Shown one piece after another: positions 24,473 to 38,110 of a DNA stretch of 64,000 nt. The notes under the pieces are model-generated. The model was not told the origin of the DNA. It ran no database searches and saw only the letters and a list, made by a program, of their open reading frames with translations. Origin of the DNA: Octopus sinensis (taxonomy: Eukaryota); assembly GCF_006345805.1 (NCBI RefSeq), contig NC_043012.1, forward strand, positions 5,580,001 through 5,644,000, written 5' to 3'. The first letter of the stretch is position 1. Each line of letters starts with the position of its first letter. Made by a program: the position numbers and the translations under genes.

Positions 24473-24869
24473 TCTTTATATATAAAAGTCAAGTTGTGTG
24501 TCTGTCTACTCCGATTTAGATTCCTAACTACTCCCACATTTTGTGGTGCAGTTTAACCAAAAGCGGGTATCTTATAGTCGTGATTCATATCGAGCCCTTC
24601 TGGGTATTAGCGCGCGTCTACGATGAGTCTACGATTTTAAAAAAAATTTACCATCATTTTTTTCCATTTTAATGCATTTTTTCGCTATTAAAAAAAGGGA
24701 AGTAACTCTCTAAAAATGTCTACGGTGAGTCAACGATAAAAAAAAATTTACCATCATTTTTTTTTCCATTTTAATGCATTTTTTTGCTATTTTTAGGCTA
24801 TAACTCTCTAAAAATGCTTATATAGTTATTTCCCTTACAAACCCGAGCAATGCCGGGCGATACTGCTAG
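24473..24869 (+). mobile_element. Non-autonomous Helitron (397 bp), copy 1
   Basis: 5' a|TC, 3' hairpin cccgagcaatgccggg then CTAG|t, no TSD, internal ~85-bp duplication. Confidence 0.9.
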
Positions 24870-24913
24870 TCTTTATATATAAAAGAGAAGTTGTGTGTCT
24901 GCGATACTGCTAG
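24870..24913 (+). mobile_element. 44-bp mini-Helitron fused head-to-tail to copy 1
   Basis: 31 nt of the 5' end joined directly to the last 13 nt (gcgatactgctag). Confidence 0.8.
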
Positions 24914-26448
24914 TAAAATATATATATTTTTTTCATTTTGTATGCATCTAATCCCCTAGTCCATGGAAAAAGTGACTTGCATGAAACCTGTCTGTGGTGC
25001 AAAAATCTGGGGACCACTGTGTTATGGCATTACTACTTACTACACACAATCCTATGAAACCTAGAGACCTCACTATTTACATAAATTTCAAAGAATAAAC
25101 TCACACATGTTCTAAATGCACAGAAATAATAAATCTTCAAAAAAACTGGCTTCTTTCCTGGTCTAAAGAGTTGTCATCTTATTCAATTGCAGCTGTTTTT
25201 CTATGCTGGTATGAGAGTGTTAAAGGGTTTACTAATTTGACCTTTAACACTTCATCAAATGCTGACCTTTTAGAATACCATTCATTGAATCATACATCAA
25301 GGTTTGTACCTGTTTTTATAAAGACAATATTTGTAATGAAACTTGAGATTTGTAGATTTTGTACTTGCAAATTTGGATATTTTCACAAAAACTTTTACAC
25401 CACGGCATATCTCTTGGCAACCATAATCCACTTGTCTGTGAAATGAGAATTGCATGAATTTTCTGCTCAATTGAATGCAGCAGAAAGATTAATATGTAAT
25501 GCATAAAAAGAAAAGGTTGCAACACTATGGCTCTAGCAAAATGTAACCACTTGACCTTTCAGTCGGTAATCCTAGCACCTAAGAAGTTACGGCCACAGAT
25601 TCTCTTTGAAACAAATTACAAATGTTTACACAGACATTACTCATTGATACAATAACTATTTTGTTTTAGTTAGTATTTCCTGATACTATAGGTGCAGGTA
25701 TGACTAGGTAGTTAAGAAGTTCATTTCCCAACCACATGGTTTAACATTCAGTCCCAATGAGTGACACATTGAACAGGTATCATCTACCATTGCCCTGGGC
25801 CAACTAAAGCCTTGTGAAGGTACAGACACACACACATATATCAACATCATCATCACAATATTTTAATCTCCATCTTCCACGTTGTCATGGGCTGGATAGC
25901 TTGACAGGACCCAACATGTCCAAGTCCATCCAATTAGCCTTATTTGATTCTGGTTTCACAATTGATTTAGTGATAAATCAGACTAACTGATTTTAGTTAT
26001 TTTACAAAATGTACAAAGTTTATAAAATATTCTATTTTTACTTGTTTTAGTCATTTCACTGTGGCCATGCTAGAGCACCGCCTTTAGTCAAACAAATCGC
26101 CCCCAGGACTTATTCCTTGTAAACCTAATATTTGTTCTTATTTCTTTACTGCCCACAAGGGGCTAAACACAGAGAGGACAAACGGATTAAGTCGATTACA
26201 GTGACCCCAGTGCGTAACTGGTATTTATTTAATCGACCCCAAAAGGATGAAAGGAAAAGTCGACCTCGGCGGAATTTGAACACAGAACGTAGCGGCAGAC
26301 GAAATACCGCTAAGCATTTCACCTGGTGTGCTAACGTTTCTGCCAGCTTGCCACCTTTATTTATTCTATTGGTCTCTTTTGCCGAACCACTAAGTTACAG
26401 GGACATAAACACACCAGCATCGGTTGTCAAGTGATGTTGGAGGCACAA

Positions 26449-26485
<37 letters not shown>

Positions 26486-27755
26486 CATATATACGACGGG
26501 CTTCTTTCAGTTTCCATCCACCAAATCCACCCACAAGGCTTTGGTTGACCTGAGGCTATAGTAGAAGACACTTGTCCAAGGTGCCACGCAGTGGGACAAC
26601 CCGGAACCATGTGGTTGGTAAGCAAGCTACTTACCACACAGCCACTCCTGCACCTATGCATAAACAAAAGACTTTTGGTACGCTAATGTTGCATATGAGA
26701 CCTCTTCCAGGTTATTGAGAGAATTCCAGTATGCAATGAAAAGAAGAATATTACATATAACTCATTTTTGATACCTTAATTATCTCAATATGCTGGAACG
26801 ACTAGTTAGCCCATTTTGATACTAAGACAATGATTTGCAAAGGGAGCCTGCCAATAAGTATCTACCCACAAATTTACAAGCTAGAAAGGGAATGAACCTC
26901 TGTTAGATTTAGCAACCAAACCATTCTCAAATCTCATCTCACTTTCTTCACAAGGAAGGACATATGGATGATGTAGTCAAAGACACACTAAGTATGAATG
27001 AAAGATTGTACGATTCCAGCTGGGATACCTTTGATAATTAGTCTGCTCACTCAAGGACAAACTGGAGCTAAACACCTTACAAATATCTTTGTAGCACATT
27101 ATTTAATATTCTACTTAACCTTGTGTCCAAACCCACTGAGATAAATAAAACAAGTAACTAGTCACACAAAACATAATGCTTGTAAGTCTAAGACAATGAA
27201 GCATTGACACATAAGCAGGAATTCAATTATTGACACTGTGAGCATAAGCACAAATGTGCTTGCTCGCTTAACAGCTGCGGTTTTAGCAGCAGGAAGTATA
27301 TATATACACATCTATATAAACATTTTCTCAAACTGCAAAGAAATGCTGGCCTCGAATTGGACAAATGTTTCTCTTCTCTTAAAAAATGCCCTCGGTATTC
27401 CAAATGTAAGCTTCATAGTTCAACTAACTGTAAGGGGTTTCCAAGTTGTATAATCATTATACTATTTTAGGCTATTTTTTCATTTCTAAATTATATATAT
27501 ATTAACCCTTTTGATATCAAACCACCCACACTACCCTTGGTCCTGTGATACACATTTCTTGCTACAAAGTGATCGAAATTAAAAACTTCCATCAAAATTT
27601 CATGTTGATTTATGTTCCAAACAATAGCTTCTATTTTTCAAAATTCATTGAAACTAAGTGCATTTTACAAATATCATAATGAATATAGCTGTTAGAGAAA
27701 ATTATCAAGATGTAACGGAAAAAGAGACAAAAGTGAAAATTTCTTTGACAATATA

Positions 27756-28152
27756 TCTTTATATATAAAAGTCAAGTTGTGTGTCTGTCTCCTACGATTT
27801 AGATTCCTAACTACTCCCACATTTTGCGGTGCAGTGTAACCAAAAGCGGGTATCTTATGGTCGTGATTCATATTGAGCCCTTCTGGGTGTTAGCGCGCAT
27901 CTACGATGAGTCTACGATTTTTAAAATAATTTACCATCGTTTTTCCATTTTAATGCATTTTTTCGTTATTATATAAGGGAAGTAACTCTCTAAAAATGTC
28001 TACGGTGAGTCAACGATTTAAAAAAAAATTTACCATCATTTTTTTTCCATTTTTAATGCATTTTTTTTGCTATTTTTTGGCTATAACTCTCTAAAAATGC
28101 TTATATAGTTATTTCCCTTACAAACCCGAGCAACGCCAGGCGATACTGCTAG
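27756..28152 (+). mobile_element. Non-autonomous Helitron (397 bp), copy 2
   Basis: Same termini and internal structure as 24473-24869. Confidence 0.9.
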
Positions 28153-29039
28153 TTTATATATATAAAGGTGGCAAGCTGGCATAAACATTAACATGCCGGG
28201 CGAAATGCTTAGCAGTATTTCGTCTGTCTTTACGTTCTGAGTTCAAATTCCGCTGAGGTCAACTTTGCCTTTCATCCTTTCGGGGTCATAAATTAAGTAC
28301 CAGTTGCATATTGGGGTCAATCTAATCGACTGGCCCTCTCCCCCAAAATTTCAGGCCCTGTGGCTAGAGTAGAAAGGAATATGTTTGTGTTATATAAGAG
28401 AAAAGATCCAACTGCAAACCGGATTAGATCAAACCAGAAGACAATGAACATTAACACAAGTTGGTGGTTACTATTTTCTTGCTTTACTCTTTTACTTGTT
28501 TCAGTCATTTGACTGCGGCCATGCTGGAGCACCGCCTTTAGTCGAGCAAATCGACCCCGGGACTTCTTTGTAAGCCCAGTACTTATTCTATTGATCTTTT
28601 TTGCCGAACCACTAAGTGACGGGGATGTAAACACACCAGCATCGGTTGTCAAGCAATGCTAGGGGGACAAACACAGACACACACACACATATATACATAT
28701 ATACGACAGGCTTCTTTCAGTTTCCGTCTACCAAATCCACTCACAAGGCATTGGTCAGCCTGAGGCTATAGCAGAAGACACTCGCCCAAGATGCCACACA
28801 GTGGGACTGAACCCGGAACCATGTGGTTGGTTAGCAAGCTACTTACCACACAGCCACTCCTGCACCTGATATTTTTTTTTATCAATCTAGAATCTTCTTG
28901 TTAAACAAGATCTGCAAGAGCAGTCAGTGAGTAAAAAAAAAAAATTGTTTCAATGCAGATAATTCAATGTACCCAGAGCCATTTACATAGCAACTTGAGA
29001 ATTTAGTCTTCTGTATGCAGTTCTATGTCTAAGTCATAT

Positions 29040-29295
29040 ATCATCAGCAGCAGCATTTTAACATCTATTTTTCTAAGGTTGAACAGAATTCGCTGAGGCA
29101 GATTTCCTACAGCTGGATGCCCTTCCCCTTGTCAACCCTCACCTGTTTCCAAGTAAGGTAATATTTCCCCCATGACCAGACATGTTTTCACAGAAGATTG
29201 GAAACGAATGACACTGTTTGCAAAACAATGACATTTATTTACAACTATTAAATGAAGTCCAGGCAAGGAGACAGTAACATACACACACACACATA
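29040..29295 (-). mobile_element. Diverged short interspersed repeat with RTE-like end (also 29940-30160 -, 33350-33575 +)
   Basis: Shared cacctgtttccaag-aaggtaatatttccccatg-ccagacatg core. Confidence 0.6.
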
Positions 29296-29345
29296 CAATG
29301 ATACAAAATGGTAACAGCAGAGATTTGAATTCAATCCCAACAGAG

Positions 29346-29461
29346 TGGGATTGAACCTGGAACCATGTGGTTGGAAAACAAACTTCTTACCAAGCAGCCT
29401 TGCCTGCAGACAAACACTCCCAAAAGCTAGACCTCATGAAAAGGGATAATGCAAAAGAATT
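29346..29461 (+). repeat. 116-bp perfect direct repeat of 31762-31877
   Basis: Identical sequence spanning a SINE head plus ~55 bp of non-SINE flank. Confidence 0.95.
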
Positions 29462-32400
29462 ACAGTTGTCATATTTGATAGCATAAAATGCACAGGCATA
29501 TTAGACACACCCCAATTTCAACAATATTATTCAAGGAAAGGTTTTAGTGCATCTTATAGGACATCAAGTACAGTATTTTCTTAGCTTTAAATAAAACTAA
29601 TTAGGTGAAGTAAACTTATCCACCATTTTATCAGCAAGATTTAAGGTGTGTCCAAGACCTGCAACAGAACTTTGTAATGTGCATCCAAAATTGAGTGGAA
29701 TGGTACATCAACTTCAGAATGATTTTTAAGCAAATTTACTGATCACCTTAATCATCTGTTTATTGGATTTACTACATAGCACTGGATCTGTATAACATCG
29801 TTATCTCTGCTCATTTACCTTTTGTGAACTTTAATTGCTGCAAACTCTTTTGACCCATCCAGCTAACCTTTCTTCTAACTAATATGCCTTTTGTTTTTGC
29901 ATTTCACTATACACCCATTATTTTTTATACATTTTATCACCATCACTGTTTTAACATCCACATTTTCATGTTTGCATGGGTCAGATGGAATTTACTGAGA
30001 AAGATGCTCATCCTGTCCCCAAGCTTCACCTGTTTCCAAGCAAGGTAATATTTCCCCATGGCTAGACAAGTGTCCACAAATATTGGAAATGAATTTCATT
30101 GCTTGTATGACGGTGACATTTACAACTGTCACGCTATGCCAAGGAGACACAAACACACACACACGGGCTTCTTTCAGTCTCCATCTGCTAAATCCATTAA
30201 CAAGGCTTTGGTCAGTTCAAGGCTACAGTAGAAGAAACCTGCCCAAGGTGCCACAAGTGGGAGTGAAACTGGACCCATGTGGTTGGGAAGCAAACGTTTT
30301 ACCTACACCACCACAGCAGGTGTTGGAAGAAGATATGGTAATCAGAACAGATCAGGAAAAGATGAAGCTCACAGATGAGACACTTAGAAAGATGGTGAAT
30401 ATATATACAAGCATATAGAAGCTAAACATATTCTGATCAGCCTCAGCTTTTGAGAGTCTAAGAAACAGACATAATGCAGTGCTAAGGTATAAACCACTTA
30501 TGGTACTTTCTGAACAGCACGCTTAATGAAAAATTACCTTCAGTTTTCTTAGTAGTGACCTACCTGAAGATGGGACAGGTTTTATGTGGCGGCGAGCTGG
30601 CAGAAACGTTAGCACGTCGGGTGAAATGCTTAGCGGCATTTCGTCTGCCACTACGTTCTGAGTTCAAATTCCGCCGAGGTCAACTTTGCCTTTCATCCTT
30701 TTGGGGTCGATTAAATAAGTACCAGTTACGCACTGGGGTCAATATAATCGACTTAATCCGTTTGTCTGTCCTTTCTCTGTTTAGCCCCTTGCGGGTAGTA
30801 AAGAAATAGGTTTTATGTGGCCTGCTTCCCGAAAAGGTTGTTCATGCCTGGAATATACAATCTGTCTCTCCACAATTGGTTATCCATTACCACTATCAAT
30901 TATACTATACATATTCTTGCAACAAGGACTATTTCTTCCTACTCCTCAGTTGTATTCTTTTACTGCAAACAAAATGCCTTGCAGTATTTGTCCTAAATTC
31001 AAATCACATCCAAGATTAACTGTGCCTTTCACCATTTCATGTTAGACCTAGTACCACTCGAGTCTAGGGTCAACTGACAATCTGTGCCAACATACCATGG
31101 GCTAGTGGGACAGTAAAGCACAAAATCCCACTCAACAGTAGGGCTCTGACAAGTGCACACCGACTGAAGAAGTGTGATGTCAGCTTTTATCTTTTACTTA
31201 TTACAGTCATTGTACTACAGCCTTACTGAGGACACCACCTTGAAAGGTATGTTTTTATTTAGTCAAATGAATCAACCCCAGTATTTATTCTATCAAACTC
31301 TTAGCCAAACAGCTAAGTTACAGGGGATGTAAACAAACCAATGGTAGTGTAGGACAAACTACACACACACACACTATACATACATACACCAGAGTAAGCA
31401 CATAAATGCAAAACAAGGTGGAAAAAATAGTGCTCAAATACCAGAGGTAGGGTAATGTTTTATTATAAAGCAGGAAAAATGACAAAAACTGTTACTCAGA
31501 CAATTTTGTTTAGAATATATATATGCCATTAGGATGGGCATCCAGCCATAGAAACCAAGCCAAAGAGAACATTAGAGTTTGACATTGCCCAGCCACTTAG
31601 CAGTTTCTTGTCAAACTGTCCAATCAATGTCAACATGAAAAAGACATGAATGATGAAAGAGAGAGAGAGTCTTCTTTCAGTTTCCATCTACCCAGTCCAC
31701 ACACAAGGCTTTGGCCTGCCTGGGGCTATAGTGGAAGACACTCGTCCAAGGTGATACACAATGGGATTGAACCTGGAACCATGTGGTTGGAAAACAAACT
31801 TCTTACCAAGCAGCCTTGCCTGCAGACAAACACTCCCAAAAGCTAGACCTCATGAAAAGGGATAATGCAAAAGAATTTGTGCATTCATAATGAAATTCAT
31901 ACTCTACAATCATCTGAATTCTGTCAGCAGTCTATAAAACAATTAACTAAAACTATTTTGAATATTTATAGTAATTTACTATTACTGTTGAGAGCATACC
32001 CACCCACCCCCCGATAATTCCAAGTAAAGTTAAACTCTAGAATTCAAAAACAATGGCCTATTTAAAGTGCTTTTAGATCACATAGAACATTCTGTGTTTA
32101 AGGTAGAATCAATGAATTGGTATGTCACTAAACACCAGCCACATTTTAAGTGTTTTAAAATGTTAAATCTGGTGATGATACTATTATAGATCATTTGGCA
32201 ACAGTATAACCAGTAAATCAACTTTTCCAAGGTGATATGACTAGCTGCAAGACACGATCATGTGAGAGAAGTTAAAAATAATCACGTTGCTCTGAAAATT
32301 GACTTTGGACTAATGTTTTCTGAGTACTTCAAAGGACCCTTGAGACTATCAATTAAAACTTATAGAATAATTAGAACTTGACCAGTAGCCACAACTCTAC

Positions 32401-34722
32401 TCTGCTTCTACTACATGACTGGCAGTTCCGTGTAATCTTTGAACACGACACCCACGTATCCTATTTTGAAACGTTGCTTGGTCACGTACATTTTTTCCTT
32501 GTACTGGTATCAGTCATTGGACTGCAGCCTTGCTGGAGCTTCACTTTCTCATATCAATCACCCCCATTTCACTTTAGCACTTACTTTATTGATCTCTGTT
32601 TATGCAACAGCTAAGCTTCAGAGCAAAAGAACACAACATAACACAAGTTCTTCGATTGGTGCAAAGATAAGCACTGGCATGCATAACTACAGGGTTCTAT
32701 TATCCACCTGAAAATGAAGAAGACCCTTGCACAAGGAATTGTGTGTTGGGATTGATTCAGAACTAAGTGTTCGGATAGACATGTTCTTAACCTCACAGCT
32801 AGACTCTTTTGTTTCAGTCACTTGACTGCAGCACTGCCTTTAGTCGAGGAAATCGACCCTAGAACTTATTCTATCGGTCTCTTTTTGCCAAACCAGCAAA
32901 CACACCAGCATCGGTTGTCAAGCAATGTTTTTTTTTTTTGGGGGGGGGGGGTGAAACAAACGCACGCACATATATACATACGACAGGCTTCTTTCAGTTT
33001 CCATCCACCAAATCCACTCACAAGGTTTTAGTCGACCCGAGGCTGTTGTAGAAGACACGTGTCCAAGGTGCCACGCAGTGGGACTGAACCTGGAACCATG
33101 TGGTTGGTAAGCAAGCTGCTTACCACACAGCCACTCCTGCACCTATGCTTGAACATTGTTAAAAACTGGTTGAATGGTTTACATTTGAGATATGGCTGTG
33201 GTTGAGAAGCTTGCATCCTAAATTTATGGTCTCAGGTTCAGTCCCCCTCCACAGCACCATGGGCAAATGTTTTCTGCTCTGGCTCCAATACAACCAAAGC
33301 TTTGTGAGTAGATTTCATAGAGGGAAACTAAAAGGAACCCGTCCTGTGTGTGTGTGTGTGTCTCCTTGTCTTGACATATGATAGTTGTAACTGAATGGCA
33401 TCTATTTCCAATATTCCGTGGAAACATGTCTAGCAATGGGGGAAATATCACCCTGTTTGGAAAAAGGGAAGAGTTGGTGACAACATGGGCATCCAGCCAT
33501 ATAAACTCTGCTTCAAGAAAATCCGTATGACCCACGCAAGTGTGCAAAAAGAAGACGTTAAACGTCGATGACATGTACCTTTAAGAAAGGTAACATCAGT
33601 AACAATTCCAAATACACAGAAAGTTATAACCGGTTTCTGATTTATCAAATATTAAAAAAAAATGGCTCCGTGACAGAAATTGCATGTGTCATACGTTGTA
33701 GACGTATGGACACATGCTTAACGACGAAAAGGTTGACGAATCTAAGGCAAACAAGAAATGCAACTAATTACATTATTTGAAGACAACTTCTAATGGATTA
33801 AGTAGTACAGTACAACTTGCTACTTTCTGTATCTGTACAAATACCCAGTATTTGTGTCCTTATCTATTAAGACAGGCCAATAGATTACATCGTGTCTTGC
33901 AAGGTTTTTCCGTCATCCAAATTTAGGTCCCATTGAAAACAAACCTGACTACCAAATTACAGGCTCTCTACATGTTGAGAATTTTATTTCTTTCCATACA
34001 AATGAGGTGATTTCAAAAGTCAAATCACGTTTTAGCACACATTATGTAAAATCGGTTAAACCTATTTAAGCATTTCCTGGTTAAGAAGACACATTTGACG
34101 AAGCTCACTCCTTCAAATAAATCGGCAACGTTTCCTGGTTTGACGTAAAAATCAATGTGACCTAGCAGTCACAGAAAACATCTGGACTTCCTTCCATTGC
34201 ATAAACTATTTGTTTTTGTTGCTTTTTAACTCTATGATTCAGTGTTATTTTATTCCATGACTCAAACCGGAAGTTGGAGGTCGTTATCATCATCGCGAAA
34301 ACCTGAATTACTACAGACCGTACATGTTCACATCATTATGGAAGTACTATTTCCAGAGTTGATAAATGTGTTGTACAAAACAATTCCGAAAGACACCCAT
34401 CTTCAATATATCAGCTATTGTAAACATTAAAATTTGGTACTTTTGTACAAATGCAAGATTTGTCATTAAGTATCCAAGCTATACACGTTTCATAAGACTT
34501 CCGTTAATTACACAATTATAGCCAGTAGTTCACTTTAGAGTTGCTATTACAATTGGGCTTGTTTATTATTATTACTTATGCAAATAAAGGAGTGTTCATT
34601 CTGTATCTTTTTGCATGCTATGTGCATTTCCGTACTAAAAGCACAGAAAGCTTTAGCTTGTCTTATCTTCTGAAACACATATGGCCGATCCTCGAGTTTC
34701 ACTGTCAACAAACAGCTTTTAC

Positions 34723-34975
34723 GTGTTAAGGCAGACAGTTTATTTTCATTGTAAAACATTTTTTGTGTTTCTTTTCGTAATGTCCGTCTCGTGGACATTT
34801 TTTCATAAATATAATTTTTAAAACGTTTTGGTCCCGGAAATTCGCTCTGCGATGCCGCCGCCACCACCACCACCACTGTGAAATAACTTTGGACGAAGGT
34901 AAAGAATACGCACACGCGGTGTTTAGGGTTAGGGTTACGCCGAAAACGGGTGGTGTGCGTATTCTTTACTTCCGC
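34723..34975 (-). promoter_or_regulatory. Candidate proximal promoter / first exon of CHD1 (P2): ETS motif GCGGAAGT, 17-bp inverted repeat, donor at 34722
   Basis: CpG-rich, repeat-free; (GGT)nGGCGGCGGC 5'UTR-like tract; uATG at 34798; donor cac|gtaaaa. Confidence 0.55.
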
Positions 34976-37931
34976 CCGCTAATCCAATTAAGATACGTAG
35001 CAGCATGATTAAATGTTGCAAGTTCTTTCTGAAGTCGAACATAATTGTTGTATCACTCTTGAAGCTGTAATTGCTCTTTTACTTTATATGAGTAACTAAA
35101 AGCATACAGATAGATTAAGCGTTTGCATTGCCTAGGCCATAAAAGTATTTAAAACATTACGTCAGTGATGTGATTAATAATTTTATAGAAATCACACGTA
35201 CAGTCTTTGATCGTGTCTGGTAAAAATATCAATAGATTACAGAACTGGTAAAATGAAATTGTGCTTCTAGTATTTGATCTTCAAGGTTCGCGTATAAAAC
35301 TACTTTCGTTTTGACACCATCCTGATATTTCCCCGAATTTCAACTTTAAGAAAAAATTGTCTCGGAACATAGTGTATACATAAATTTTCCTTCTCACAAA
35401 AAAAAAAAGATGAAACCATTTCAAATTTCCCTAAAGTGAAATAGTTACAATACCCGACATTTTCTTTATTGCATGCACACTACTCGGGTCCTAGACAAAA
35501 GTGCTTTTATTATTTTTTTTTTTTTTGCATACATGAAAACTGGCAACACATGTCACCTTGTATTGCATCTATACCATCAAATCTTTTAAGTGGTTTACCT
35601 AAAAATAGATCGAAATTATTTCACTATTTTCTTAAAATTTCGTTTCCACTTATATCTTACAAATATGAAAACGCCCAAGACTATTCAAAATGAAAGTAAA
35701 TTCAATAAAATATTAGCTATTTACGTTTTAAACTTCATGTAAAATATAGCAAAGTTATTCAGCAAAAACATTTAGCTAAAGTCATTTTCGTTTTGTGCCT
35801 TATAAAGCTAAAGCAATTCCTGTTTATTTCAATAGCCAATATTTGTTGTTAAACAGATTTAACAATCAGCTAAAATTCCAGGAGGATTTTTTTTAAAAAC
35901 CAATTATAAATATTTAAAAATTCGTGCATTTCAGTATTTAATGAATATAAATTTAGCTACTTATTTTGTATATTTAAAAGAAGAGAAAATTAAAAATAAA
36001 TTGTAATAATTTATGATTGCATTCGGCGGAATAATTACCAAACCAGATGCATATGTACGGCAATGTTTTCATCAACAAAACCACGTGGATAAAATAACCG
36101 GGAAATACAAAATACCTTAAAATATAAACAAGGCACTTGAAACTACATTACTAAATAAAAGACGAACACCATACGTCTTCATAAACTTTGGGTGACTCGA
36201 AAGTAGGTATAAAATATTTTATAAAAAGATAATAGTTTAAATTAGAAAAACATACTTTATAATTTAAAAATTTAAACTTAATTAATCATTTGAAATACAA
36301 GTCACTGTCGAACATTCGACAAAAAAAAAATTTAATTAAAATTATATAAGGCTAAGTTAAATTTCCCAACGAAATATTAAATTACAAAAAGGTTTCATTC
36401 GGGTGTGAAGTTTTAAATTAAAAACTTTCCGAAAACATTAAATTTAAAATTAGTAAAAATGTCCCACGTGTGAAAGACATGTAAACCCAAGGTCGAATGA
36501 AAGTCATCTGACGAGCTCAGCGCTCGGTAAATAATTAGGCAAGCGACACCCGTGATAATATACGAGCTTAATTAATTGTAATGAAGCTACCCAGCCTAAT
36601 TAAAATGGATAAATACAATATATATATATATAAGGGGCTCTCTAAAGTGGCACCAACCTACATGCTAAAACGAAGTGAATGATAGAAATGAAGTTGAGGT
36701 GGAGCTAGATTTAAAAGAAAAAAAAACCAATGGCGTGTTTTTTCATCTTTAAATCCCTATTTCAAATAAGGGGTCTTTCCCACCCACCTGTAAAGGCCGA
36801 GAAAAAATAATAATAAACATTGAACAGAGGGAAATAAAGATCTTGAGAAGATGCACGTGTAAGAGAGAGAGAGAGAGCAGGTAACCAGAAAAGCTGGACT
36901 GGTCGAAGCGACATTTTCAAGGAGCAGCAATTAAATAAAAAAGGGTGAAAACAGGAAGCGGTGTTCATTAATACATTTAAAATACATGAATGAAACTCCC
37001 CAAGAATGGAAGGTGACCGGTGTGGCCGGGGGTTGTGCGAAGAAAAGCTGTAGTAAGTAGTAGCTGTAGTAGTAGTAGTAACGACTGTAAATGCAATAAC
37101 GGTAGTAGTAGTGGTGGTGGTAGTACAAATTTTTGAAAAATGGGTGAAGTCCATAACTAAAAAAAACAAAACAAACCTTTTCTGTGACCTTTTGATTAAT
37201 TTTTTTTCCCAATATTTCTCTCGTTCGGTGTCGTTGAGTTCACTATAATCGCATCATCATCATTATTATTATTATTATGGTGATGATGACATTATTACAT
37301 GGAAAAGTGTGACGACTGCAGTAGTGAAAGGCATCATGGCCGACAACTACCGACCGGAACAATGGCACACATAGCAGCAAACACTTTTTTCTTCTTTCCC
37401 CCCACAAACGATCCTCAAAATACGCAAAAAGTGGATGAGCAAATTATTTCTAAGATTATTTTCTTCTTCAATTGGAATGTCAAAAACAGAAAAATTAATT
37501 GTAATTAATCCAAGCTTTTTAAAAATAAATAAATAAATCATGAGTTATCAATAGATTTTCCATGGGAGGGGGGGTAGAAGTATGAGTGAGGCGTCATACG
37601 CATTGGCTTGACTGAAGGAGGAGGAGGCCAACTCTCACTGCTGCTAGCTTGAGAGGGAGGAAGAAGCATGAGAGTAACGCAACGATTACCTCTCCCTTCC
37701 TACGCACGGTTTACTGCAACTACTACCACTACCACGTCGTACAGCCACTCAACAAGCTTTTACATGGAGTAATAGGAAGATAGAGAGAGGGTGGAAAAGA
37801 GGAAGAGAGAGGGTAAGATAGAAAAAGAAAGATGGGCTCTGAATTTCAATGTTATAATACAATAGCCATTTTTTTCTCTACTTTTCACTGCACAATGGCG
37901 AATAAAATGTTAAGATTTTCACAATTTTTAC

Positions 37932-38110
37932 CTGGAATGGGTCTAAAAGTTAGTCGATCAGCTAGATAGAGATGCTGCAAGTAATGTTGGTTAAGATTTT
38001 CGGCTCAAGCTGGCGTATTTCTTTAGCAGCAAGTGTCGGTCGTAAGGCAGCGTCGTGTCGATGCAAGCTGAAATATGGCGGCCATCTTTAGAATGTATGT
38101 ATGTGTATGC
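37932..38110 (-). promoter_or_regulatory. Candidate distal promoter / first exon (P1) with double YY1-type site at 38071-38089
   Basis: aaatatggcggccatcttt contains AANATGGC on both strands; strong donor ccag|gtaaaa at 37931; CpG-rich. Confidence 0.5.

Noticed and set aside
25193-27405. Possible nested plus-strand gene (AG/GT-bounded open segments at 25193-25302 and ~27335-27405)
   Set aside because: No recognisable protein, no promoter-like CpG region upstream, and such short open segments are expected by chance; it also overlaps a better minus-strand candidate exon.
30330-30575. Possible Penelope GIY-YIG remnant ending in cctgaagatgg
   Set aside because: Too degraded and cut by a SINE insertion; no defensible motif alignment.
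34547-34915. 122-aa ORF (85 aa from MSTRR) as an independent gene
   Set aside because: No recognisable domain; better explained as a first exon/uORF reading into an intron past the donor at 34722.
36505-36532. CTGACGAG...CTC hammerhead-like start
   Set aside because: The required GAAA after stem II is absent (GGTAAA).
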